In this document: one piece after another, positions 16,862-24,428 of the stretch | Position numbering within the stretch: the first letter of the stretch is position 1 | How the letters are laid out: each line of letters opens with the position of its first letter | Origin: Promethearchaeota archaeon | Lineage (GTDB): Archaea > Asgardarchaeota > Lokiarchaeia > Sigyniarchaeales > SOKP01 | Direction: 5' to 3' | DNA length: 24,428 bases | Assembly: GCA_011364925.1 (NCBI GenBank) | Contig: RDOA01000053.1 | Location: 1 to 24,428 of the forward strand | The notes under the pieces: model-generated | Told to the model about the DNA's origin: nothing | The model's input: only the letters and a program-made list of their open reading frames with translations | The model's database searches: none | Translations under genes and position numbers: made by a program

Positions 16862-16999
16862 CCTAATTTTTCTCTTAAAAATCATAAAAAATTTATTATT
16901 GGAATTATTTCATAATTTACTTAAAAATATCTATCCTTACTGGAAATTTTAAAATTCAGCAATGATAGATGGAAAGAAAATAATTTGGTGACAAATTAA

Positions 17000-17272
17000 A
17001 TGAGTGTATACGATATAGGACGTATTTGCGTCAAAACAACTGGAAGGGAAGCTGGAAATTACTGTATTGTTGTTGATATCATCGATAAAAATTATGTTTT
17101 AATTGATGGGTTAAATGTTCGAAGAAGAAGGGCTAATTATAAGCATCTAGAACCTATTACCGAATCGATTGAGATCAAAAAAGGAGCCTCTCATAGCGAC
17201 ATTGAGACGGCAATTAAAAAAGCTAAATTAGAAAAGAAACTTAAAGAAACCATTTCCATTCCTACAAAGTAA
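17000..17272 (+). CDS. rpl14e: 50S ribosomal protein eL14
   Basis: IGRICVKTTGREAGNYCIVVDIIDKNYVLIDG..VRRRRANYKHLEP; GGTGA SD upstream. Confidence 0.95.
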   Translation: MSVYDIGRICVKTTGREAGNYCIVVDIIDKNYVLIDGLNVRRRRANYKHLEPITESIEIKKGASHSDIETAIKKAKLEKKLKETISIPTK

Positions 17273-17299
17273 AAATAATTTTAATAGTAAAAATCTTGG

Positions 17300-17346
17300 A
17301 ATTGATAGCTAAGCGTCGCTAAAAAGCGTCGCAAGCAATTTTTTTT
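17300..17346 (+). terminator. Hairpin plus T-tract between rpl14e and tRNA-Ser
   Basis: GCG-T-CGCT-AAAA-AGCG-T-CGC stem inside AATTG/CAATT, followed by T8 (17339-17346). Confidence 0.35.
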
Positions 17347-17446
17347 GCAGATATAGCCAAGCGGTACGGCGCTGGCTTGGAGCGGTAAATTTACCCAGAA
17401 AGCCAGTGTGCGAAAGCACTCGAGGGTTCGAATCCCTCTGTCTGCG
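17347..17446 (+). tRNA. tRNA-Ser(GGA) with canonical 37/38 intron (17383-17400)
   Basis: Acceptor GCAGATA/TGTCTGC, G73, anticodon stem CTGGC/GCCAG, anticodon GGA at 17379-17381, long variable arm, T arm GAGGG TTCGAAT CCCTC, BHB helix TTGG/CCAG. Confidence 0.92.
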
Positions 17447-17467
17447 TTTTTTTAAATAGATTACAGA

Positions 17468-18154
17468 TCAAACATCTGGAAATTCTAAAGCTTTAGCCTT
17501 ACCACCGCCCATCATTTGTTCCATACCGCCTTGCGCTTGTGTTTGTAATTTCAATAACCGTTGTATAAGAGTATTTATCCCAAAACTACAGAGAAAGTAC
17601 CAGGCTGTAAAATTAATCCACCCTTGATTGAGTTTAATAACTTTTTCAACTCCATATACTAATGCTGTCCATTCTGGTCCTGGTGAGCCCGTTAAACCAG
17701 CCATCATACTTCCAATAAACGGTATATCGTTTGCGTTCATTGGGGATAACGCTACTGGAAATTGATAATTCGCGTCACCAAAAAAACCTCTTACAACAGA
17801 AAAAATAATAATCATTGGAACAAAAGTTATACAACTCGGTAGCATACGCTTCAATGCTAGTTTTTGTTGTGATTTTTTTATCATAGTGTCCAACCGTTCC
17901 CATCTTTTTCTTAATCTTCTATATCTTTCTGGGTCAGTTTCAGCAATTTCGATAATTTCCGCTTTTTCTTCATCGTGCGCTTTCTTTATAACATTTTTTC
18001 TATTTATCTCGTCTGTATCAACTAACCATTTGGTTAAACCTGTACTAACTAGTGCTGTTACTGTGGCTAATAATAATATAAAAATCATAGATCCCGGAGG
18101 ATTACTAAGCCAGTCAACAAAAACATTAGAATCTTGTAATAATAAAAAAAGCAT
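17468..18154 (-). CDS. EMC3/TMCO1 (DUF106, Oxa1 superfamily) membrane insertase
   Basis: TM1, cytosolic coiled coil, PSCITFVPMIIIF and WYFLCSFGINTLIQRLL signatures. ATG 18154 is preferred to GTG 18226. Confidence 0.88.
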   Translation of the reverse strand: MLFLLLQDSNVFVDWLSNPPGSMIFILLLATVTALVSTGLTKWLVDTDEINRKNVIKKAHDEEKAEIIEIAETDPERYRRLRKRWERLDTMIKKSQQKLALKRMLPSCITFVPMIIIFSVVRGFFGDANYQFPVALSPMNANDIPFIGSMMAGLTGSPGPEWTALVYGVEKVIKLNQGWINFTAWYFLCSFGINTLIQRLLKLQTQAQGGMEQMMGGGKAKALEFPDV

Positions 18155-18487
18155 AATTGTATTGAAATAATCTTGATAATCTATTAAACTTTTCAGAATA
18201 ATTTTCTCGAGAGAAAATTGAGTCACAAATAATTCTCATTATATTTTACTGATGTATTTTGCACAACTGCATATCATTTTCAGAATAATAAAAATTCTTG
18301 AAACCTCCTTTTCACTTCTATAATTATCTTCTTCAGTATTAGATTGATGTATATCTATATACCGTCAGAAAAAGTATACACCGTAAATGTTAAATAGGAG
18401 ATTGAAATATTAATTCATGCTAAAAATCTAATCATAAAATAGTTTGATAATTTCATCAAAACTGAGTTTTGAGGAGGAGTTGATTAA

Positions 18488-19015
18488 ATGAAATTTAATA
18501 AGAAAATAGGTATCTTAACAGCTGCTGTTGTCATGCTCTTTATTATTGGATTTTCAAATAGTTCTTATGCGATGCCTCCACCACCTGAACCAGATGTATA
18601 TTATCCGACATCTTATTCCTTAAGTTGGCCTTCAGTCCTCGTTGGAGGAAGTCTAACTTCAGTACGACATTATGATGGAAGCTCCATGGCAATTAGGGCA
18701 GGTTGGTATTGGTTCTTCGGGGTTCATTTTGCTATTAATTTGTATTACTATTTTCCAAATGTGCCAGCGGAAGTACTATTGTTTGGTTTTACAGATAATT
18801 GTGATACAGCAACAACGCAGATTCACATAACATATTCAGATGGGACTCATGATTTTTATCCACTTTCGGGAAGTGGGTCCGACGGATACTGGCAAGTGAA
18901 TCTCGATCCGGGAAAATTACTCTATCGAGTTTATGTCGCCTTTACTTATCATAATTTACTTGGTGGAGATCGTTATCTTTATGTTGATGTGTGTACTGGA
19001 ATAACATATAATTAA
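18488..19015 (+). CDS. Secreted beta-rich hypothetical protein
   Basis: Signal peptide ending SSYA, Pro-rich start (MPPPPEP), aromatic-rich beta pattern; strong SD GAGGAGGAG. Confidence 0.75.
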   Translation: MKFNKKIGILTAAVVMLFIIGFSNSSYAMPPPPEPDVYYPTSYSLSWPSVLVGGSLTSVRHYDGSSMAIRAGWYWFFGVHFAINLYYYFPNVPAEVLLFGFTDNCDTATTQIHITYSDGTHDFYPLSGSGSDGYWQVNLDPGKLLYRVYVAFTYHNLLGGDRYLYVDVCTGITYN

Positions 19016-19019
19016 ATAG

Positions 19020-19060
19020 TTATAGAGAGCGCTATCTCTATAATCCAAATCTTTTTTTTT
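19020..19060 (+). terminator. Hairpin plus T-tract downstream of 18488-19015
   Basis: TTATAGAGA/TCTCTATAA 9-bp stem (19020-19043), followed by T9 (19052-19060). Confidence 0.5.
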
Positions 19061-19287
19061 AAATTAGTACTAGTACGACTTAGAATCAAGTCATAAAAAT
19101 TTATACCAATATCTTTATTAATAATATTAGAAGAACTACAAATTGAATACTCAAAAAGAAGTTTTTTAATATTCTGTTTTTTATGATAAATAATGTTATA
19201 AATTGATAAATCTCTAATTTCACCTTCTAGTAAAGTAAGATTAAAGAAGCATTATAAATGACTGTTTTTATATTGGTAGAATTACCG

Positions 19288-20736
19288 TTAATCCATACCT
19301 AGGAATGCTCGCATACCGGGATACTGCATAGCAGCCATTTCCTTAGCCAGAGACTCTGAATATTGGTGAACTATTCCTATTGCTATTAAAAGTCCCGTAC
19401 CTGAAGTGAGTGCACCCAAAGAGTCGGCGGAGAAACTCATTACTGCTATTATTATTCCGTTAATAATTACTAGCGTTGGGATGTAGCGTTTCAAGATTCG
19501 CTCAATAATTTTATCCGAACTACGAAAGCCAGGAATCTGCATACCTGAATCGAGAATTTGTTGAGCTATATCACGAGGTGCTAAGCCGGATACATCTACC
19601 CAAACACGCCCGAGTAATACACATAAGAATACGAAGAAAATAAGATATATTATTGCTCTTATAGGATCTGCTACTAATTGGGCGATTCCTTGGGGGGGTG
19701 TGAGAAAATACAACAGACCCCAGTCAGGAACAAGATAATTTCCTTTTCCTCCTCCAGCCGATACAGGGTGGAAACGGCCGATCAGATTTATCAAAAAATC
19801 AAAACCATGTCCTCTTAAGCCTGAAGTAGGCCCAGCAAGAATCTGCCCAAAAAATAGGAAGTTTGCGTATAAAGCGTTTACAAGAATTACTGGAATATTC
19901 GAAACATATAGCAATTTCATCGGGTATTTCCCCTTGAAACCTCGATAGCCCTTGTACGCAAGTGGTATTTCAATCCTCGTGGATTCAAACCAGATAACTA
20001 CTACGAAGATTATTAAAGTTGTAAGTCCGCCAAAAATGGAAGGTAATCGGTTTGCTCTAAAAAATAATTGACCCACATCATAATTTGGATTTCCCAGTGC
20101 TTGAAAAAATCCAACGACTAAACCCCTCGCAACCCCATCTTCATTTATAAAACTAAACAAGTTCCAAAATACCTGTCCCGCTACACCAGCAGCGATAAAC
20201 AAAGAAACACCACTTCCGATTCCCCACCCTTTTTGCAGGGTCTCATCAAGCAGGATAATTATAAGTCCCGCGAAGAATAATTGTAAAAATACAAATGCTG
20301 CATTTCCCATAGTTAACGATCCAAATGCTCCACCCGCTAAGTAAGCAACAATGTTCAGAATGGTTAAAAACATCGAGAATACTTTTTGAGCGCCGCTAAA
20401 CATTGATCTATCGTAAGGATCGCTCATATCAATTTTAATAAGTTTAGACCCCAGAAGTAATTGCATTATAAGACCAGCTGTTACAATTGGACCTATCCCT
20501 AGCTCTGTTAATGTTCCTTTTTGACTTGCTAAAATAACTCTTAACCAATAGTAATAATCTGTCGTATCTGCGGCAGTTACTCCGTAAAGCGGTATATTTG
20601 ACATAATCAAATAGATAATTAATACTAAAATTGTCCAAAGTAACTTTTCTTTGAATTGAACTTCTCTTTGTGGTTGTTTTATTTCAGGCATTATCCGTAC
20701 AAACGGAGAGAAGAATTTGAGGAATCTTCCAGTCAT
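19288..20736 (-). CDS. secY: Preprotein translocase subunit SecY/Sec61alpha
   Basis: GTLTELGIGPIVTAGLIMQLL, KGWGIGSGVSLFIA, YPMKLLYVSNIPVIL, GMQIPGFR, SGTGLLI. Confidence 0.97.
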   Translation of the reverse strand: MTGRFLKFFSPFVRIMPEIKQPQREVQFKEKLLWTILVLIIYLIMSNIPLYGVTAADTTDYYYWLRVILASQKGTLTELGIGPIVTAGLIMQLLLGSKLIKIDMSDPYDRSMFSGAQKVFSMFLTILNIVAYLAGGAFGSLTMGNAAFVFLQLFFAGLIIILLDETLQKGWGIGSGVSLFIAAGVAGQVFWNLFSFINEDGVARGLVVGFFQALGNPNYDVGQLFFRANRLPSIFGGLTTLIIFVVVIWFESTRIEIPLAYKGYRGFKGKYPMKLLYVSNIPVILVNALYANFLFFGQILAGPTSGLRGHGFDFLINLIGRFHPVSAGGGKGNYLVPDWGLLYFLTPPQGIAQLVADPIRAIIYLIFFVFLCVLLGRVWVDVSGLAPRDIAQQILDSGMQIPGFRSSDKIIERILKRYIPTLVIINGIIIAVMSFSADSLGALTSGTGLLIAIGIVHQYSESLAKEMAAMQYPGMRAFLGMD

Positions 20737-20947
20737 AGTGCATCAGTATAAAATCTTTAGCAAGAATAATCTATTTTAGTTTTATTAAAATTTTCTCAAT
20801 TGAGAAAGGTAACTTAAAAAAAATAGAACTTTAAAAAAACTTTTTGATTTATTAACTCTGTTTAAGTAGATTTCTTATTTTTTAACAAATCTACAATTTG
20901 AATATGAAACGCAAACAATAAAAAAAAATAAAATAAAAAAAATTAAT

Positions 20948-21238
20948 TTAAAAGAGACTCCCAATGCCCGTTGGCTCTTCTTCTTCGGGTTCCTCTTCTT
21001 TCTTTTTCTTTTCTTCCTTTTTTTCAATAACTTCCCCAGCTGGAGCAGCTATAACAGGTGCTGAGCCAGCAGATTTGATAATATCCTCAATATCTGTTTG
21101 TTTCAGTCCAGCAATTAATTTAACGATTTGATCTTTATCAATTTTCGCTCCTGCGGCAGTTAATACCTTTTCTACATTCGTTTCGTTAATTTTACCTCCA
21201 GCTTTGTGTAATAATAGGGCAGCGTAAATACTTTCCAT
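20948..21238 (-). CDS. rpl12: Ribosomal stalk protein P1 (aL12)
   Basis: MESIYAALLLHKAG, Ala-rich hinge, acidic tail ending GIGSLF. Confidence 0.95.
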   Translation of the reverse strand: MESIYAALLLHKAGGKINETNVEKVLTAAGAKIDKDQIVKLIAGLKQTDIEDIIKSAGSAPVIAAPAGEVIEKKEEKKKKEEEPEEEEPTGIGSLF

Positions 21239-21315
21239 AATTTCTTACCTCTTTTTTATTTTTACATCTTTAAAATTGTATTATTATTAGGTGTTTTCAA
21301 AAAAATCTTAATTAA

Positions 21316-22209
21316 TTATCCAAATAAGCCCCCAATGCCAACTTCATCCTCTTCTTCTTCTTCGGGTTCCTCTTCTTTTTCTTCAACTTTAGGTTCAGTT
21401 TGACCAGTAGCTTTAACACCTTCTCCAAAAATAATCGCGTTTATTAAATTGGCTTCAGATGTAGCTTTACGTATATATGCTTCTGTCATATCTTCTGAAA
21501 AGAAGGGCATCTCGAATAAAATCCCAAGCGCTTCTCTATAAGCTCTGGATAAATCTGCGCTGAATTTTTTCATATCCATATATAATATATCTTCCGAGAT
21601 GATTTCACCATCGCTCCATGCGTAATATATTTTTATCAACGATTCAATAGGAGTAATCCCTAATTTTTTAAGAACTGCTGCTTGTTTAACATCAACAAGA
21701 TCTCCTGCTTTATGTGTCATTGTGTCTTCCCGAATCCAAATGGTGTCATTTTGAATCCTCGTTGGAAGTCGAAGTGTCATGTTAAGTTCACTAATAACTT
21801 GGCCAGTTGGTAAACCCGTGTCTCCAGCAAGAACCCATATATCAACAGGAGTTATCTCGTTTGGTTTAGCAGGTACCATCCATTCACTTTGAAGAAATAT
21901 CTTTTTCAGGTCAAAAATATCTAAATCCGTGAAACACAACGCAGCTTGTCCCGGAATCTTTTCTCCTAACTCATCTAATTTCCTTTTTTTAGATTCTTCT
22001 TTATATTTTTCTACTGCTCTTAATTGAAGGTTCTTCTTAGACATTCGAATTATCGCTTTTCCTCTTAGGATTTTACGTATCTCTTGTATTTGTCGATCGT
22101 TTAATCTCGCTACTTCTATTACCGCAACATTTTTATATTTTTTAAACAATTCGACTATGTGATCTACCTCGTCTAATTTCCATTGTGGTATGTGTTTTTT
22201 CCCTATCAT
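21316..22209 (-). CDS. rpl10: Ribosomal protein uL10 (P0)
   Basis: IPQWKLDEV, QEIRKILRG, AGDTGLPTG, acidic tail ending GIGGLFG. Confidence 0.95.
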   Translation of the reverse strand: MIGKKHIPQWKLDEVDHIVELFKKYKNVAVIEVARLNDRQIQEIRKILRGKAIIRMSKKNLQLRAVEKYKEESKKRKLDELGEKIPGQAALCFTDLDIFDLKKIFLQSEWMVPAKPNEITPVDIWVLAGDTGLPTGQVISELNMTLRLPTRIQNDTIWIREDTMTHKAGDLVDVKQAAVLKKLGITPIESLIKIYYAWSDGEIISEDILYMDMKKFSADLSRAYREALGILFEMPFFSEDMTEAYIRKATSEANLINAIIFGEGVKATGQTEPKVEEKEEEPEEEEEDEVGIGGLFG

Positions 22210-22213
22210 TTTT

Positions 22214-22942
22214 CTACGCCTCTATACTCTTTAAATATTGTTCATCAATCTTTATAGGATGCCCCATAGTTGTTTTCAAAAACATTGATTTAATATTATT
22301 GTATTTGTGAGGCATTTGATCAGCGACATATTCTACAACAGCCTTTAAGTTTTCAAATACTTGGTCTTTTGCCATTGATTTTTTCCCAATTTTAACCTGA
22401 ATGAGCATTTGTTTTTTTAACTGAATTCTTATTACTTTTAGGTATCGATCAACAGCTATTTGTAAATCACCTGGATTAGAAATAATACCGTATCCACTTG
22501 GAAAAGGTTTTGGCATTTTTCCTAACGGTCCTAAAAATCTAGCTAAATAGCGTGCAACGTTTGGCATCATTTTGTCTTCAACTATGAAAAAATCGTATTT
22601 TTTTACAAATTTTTTCTTTTCTTTTTTTTCTTCGTTATTCAATTTAACCAATCCATCAGCATCAATAGCGTCTAAATTTAGATTTTTGGCTTCTAAAAGA
22701 ATCTCGTCTGAAGCGATCACGCAAACATTTGGTTTATCACCAGGAATAATGTTATTGGGTAATAACACTTCTTTATCGATTCGCTGCTTTGGATCGTTTA
22801 AGTTAATATCTTTAAGATTAATTATGAAATCAATAGACTCATCGAATTTTCTTATTTTGTCTTTATATTTGTCTCTTTTAATTACCGAAAAATTAATCGC
22901 TGCATTAATAGATTTTTTTAATAGCTTATCATCTACTTTCAT
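22214..22942 (-). CDS. rpl1: Ribosomal protein uL1
   Basis: RKFDESIDFIINLKD, LGPLGKMPKP, KTTMGHP. Confidence 0.95.
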   Translation of the reverse strand: MKVDDKLLKKSINAAINFSVIKRDKYKDKIRKFDESIDFIINLKDINLNDPKQRIDKEVLLPNNIIPGDKPNVCVIASDEILLEAKNLNLDAIDADGLVKLNNEEKKEKKKFVKKYDFFIVEDKMMPNVARYLARFLGPLGKMPKPFPSGYGIISNPGDLQIAVDRYLKVIRIQLKKQMLIQVKIGKKSMAKDQVFENLKAVVEYVADQMPHKYNNIKSMFLKTTMGHPIKIDEQYLKSIEA

Positions 22943-22945
22943 TTA

Positions 22946-23461
22946 TTAGATCTCCTCCTTTATTCTATCGTCATACTCTCCGTTGTCAATCTTCTTTTGG
23001 ATCGCTCGAGGATCTTCGCCTTCCACAGTCGCTCCTACTGATAACGCAGTTCCTATGACGGTTTTAACAGCATTTTTAAAGTTTTTCGCTAAAAAGATAT
23101 CTTTTTTCGCAATAGCAACATTAACAACTTGTTCAAGAGTCAAATTACCAGCTTTTTTTTCAGAACTATTAACACTCCCTTTTTCGACTCCTAACTCTTT
23201 TAGAAGTAATGCTGCTGTACTTGGAGTCTCTACGTAAATTTCAAATTGCTTTGTTTCAGGATCACACTCGATTCTAATTGGAACAGTTAATCCTTTGAAG
23301 AGCATTGTCTTTTCGTTGACGGCGTCCACTACATCCTTGATATTTATGCCAGTAGGACCAACAGCAGGGCCAATTGGAGGTCCTCCGCTAGCTGCACCAC
23401 CTGTGACTTGAGCTCGCACAGTCACGCGCGTTTTTTCTTTCTCCTTACTCAATTTATTCAC
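22946..23461 (-). CDS. rpl11: Ribosomal protein uL11
   Basis: GGAASGGPPIGPAVGPTGIN, TPSTAALL, VIGTALSVG; exact start (GTG or TTG) uncertain. Confidence 0.95.
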   Translation of the reverse strand: MNKLSKEKEKTRVTVRAQVTGGAASGGPPIGPAVGPTGINIKDVVDAVNEKTMLFKGLTVPIRIECDPETKQFEIYVETPSTAALLLKELGVEKGSVNSSEKKAGNLTLEQVVNVAIAKKDIFLAKNFKNAVKTVIGTALSVGATVEGEDPRAIQKKIDNGEYDDRIKEEI

Positions 23462-23914
23462 TTTTTTAGTTAAATACTTAACTTAAAGCCTATAATTTTA
23501 AAAATAGAACAAATAAATGTTTTCATACTATAATTTCCAATATCTTAATTTATATTGGAACCGTAATCATTTACGTCCTAAGTTTTGAAAAATATAAGCT
23601 TAACTTAGTACGAATGAAAAAGAAGAATAGTTAAAAAGTTTTACTAGGATTAGAGAACTAGTTCTTTCTTTTAAAAAGAATCAAATTTAATCCCACAAAT
23701 ATCTCATCTTTTAACTATCACCTTATATATCCTTTATGTTGTTTTAATCATCCTTCTAATTCCATGATAATAAACATATTAAAAAAAACTCTTCTTTATC
23801 GATCTGAATTTTTTTATCTTACTAATGATTAATAATTAATTGAGATAAAAAATAGATTGATTTCAGAGCTAAACCTATTTAAATTTAAAAATTTGTAAAG
23901 GGTAAGGTTATAGG

Positions 23915-24428
23915 ATGATAATTTGGATATTAAATAGTGAATCGGGAGTTAAGTTATTGTATAAATCTTTTTTAAAGACTGATGCTGATGAAGACATTGT
24001 TTCTGGTTTTTTAACTGCGTTTCATCATTTCTCCATGGAAGAATTTCATCAGTCGCTTGAATCTATTGAAATGGGTGGTTTAAAGTGGATTTATACATTA
24101 GAACCTAAATTTAAACTGCTCTTTGTAGCTGCTGATGTAAGGAGTGTAAAAACTGGGATTTTAACGGGGCGCCTTAATGTTATAAAGGAAGCGTTTATAA
24201 AAGAATTTGAAACAGTTTGGATAAAGAAAAAACACAGTTGGGATGGTAATATGAATGTGTATCTACCATTCCTTAAGGTAATCGAAGACTATTATGGACA
24301 ATGGGAGGAAGTTGAATCTATAACCCAAGTTGCAGATTTTTTTGATATTTTAGGCGTATTTCAGCAAATTTTCATTATCTTAAGAAATATTTTAGAAAAT
24401 AAAATGTATTCTCAGTCAAAAAATATAA
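23915..24428 (+). CDS. Asgard-type longin-domain protein, 3'-truncated by the window edge (not in the ORF track)
   Basis: Open from ATG 23915 to the end: MIIWILNSESGVKLLYKSF..DEDIVSGFLTAFHHFSMEEF..LESIEMGGLKWIY..LLFVAAD..WDGNMNVYLPF, a typical longin pattern. Confidence 0.8.
   Translation, partial: MIIWILNSESGVKLLYKSFLKTDADEDIVSGFLTAFHHFSMEEFHQSLESIEMGGLKWIYTLEPKFKLLFVAADVRSVKTGILTGRLNVIKEAFIKEFETVWIKKKHSWDGNMNVYLPFLKVIEDYYGQWEEVESITQVADFFDILGVFQQIFIILRNILENKMYSQSKNI

Noticed and set aside
16961-16992. AUGA...AAA...UGA pattern resembling a eukaryote-type SECIS core
   Set aside because: Helix 2 is too short and poorly paired, it overlaps the rpl14e SD, and no upstream gene has an in-frame UGA.
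4468-17470. UGA stops (4468-4470, 11938-11940, 13086-13088, 17468-17470) as selenocysteine codons
   Set aside because: Two are stop/start overlaps; the others end complete-looking proteins with no Cys-homologous context or plausible extension. No selenoprotein gene was found in the window.
18238-18310. Minus-strand AAGGAGG followed by a 12-codon ORF (MICSCAKYISKI); possible adk remnant
   Set aside because: The SD is too far from the ATG, the ORF is tiny, and no P-loop or adk similarity is visible.
2191-23237. Short antisense ORFs in the track (2191-2412, 3579-3830, 3679-3894, 4185-4376, 5198-5386, 7654-7848, 9305-9523, 9692-9889, 12184-12387, 15496-15690, 17886-18170, 22572-22949, 22983-23237) and same-strand alternate-frame 20444-20638
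   Set aside because: Shadows of well-supported genes, with Ser/Phe/Leu-rich antisense-type composition and no motifs.
1-24428. CRISPR arrays, IS elements, integrases, rRNA
   Set aside because: No regularly spaced repeats, terminal inverted repeats with a transposase, recombinase motifs or rRNA-like GC-rich tracts were seen.

Overview
AT-rich archaeal chromosomal window, most consistent with an Asgard archaeon (Lokiarchaeia-like). This rests on archaeal ribosomal proteins (eL34, eL14, uL11, uL1, uL10/P0, P1), SecY and an EMC3/TMCO1-family insertase occurring together with eukaryotic-signature proteins (Roadblock/LC7, Vps28, Yip1-like, longin-like). The left part is a selenocysteine cluster: selB followed closely by a Roadblock gene, then a tRNA-Sec(UCA) with two introns directly upstream of SepSecS. 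Two further intron-containing tRNAs were read by eye: a tRNA-Ile with the rare UAU anticodon and two non-canonical introns, and tRNA-Ser(GGA). The middle holds a coiled-coil/coiled-coil/longin-TPR gene trio, a coupled DUF62-[Nudix+NadM]-RtcA unit and a Yip1-Vps28 pair. The right part is a rearranged ribosomal superoperon. Missing from the ORF track: a 41-aa membrane microprotein (4518-4643), a diverged copy of the Roadblock 3' end (1379-1459) and a longin ORF cut by the right edge (23915->24428). No mobile element or CRISPR array was seen. All calls come from manual motif and base-pair reading, without database searches.
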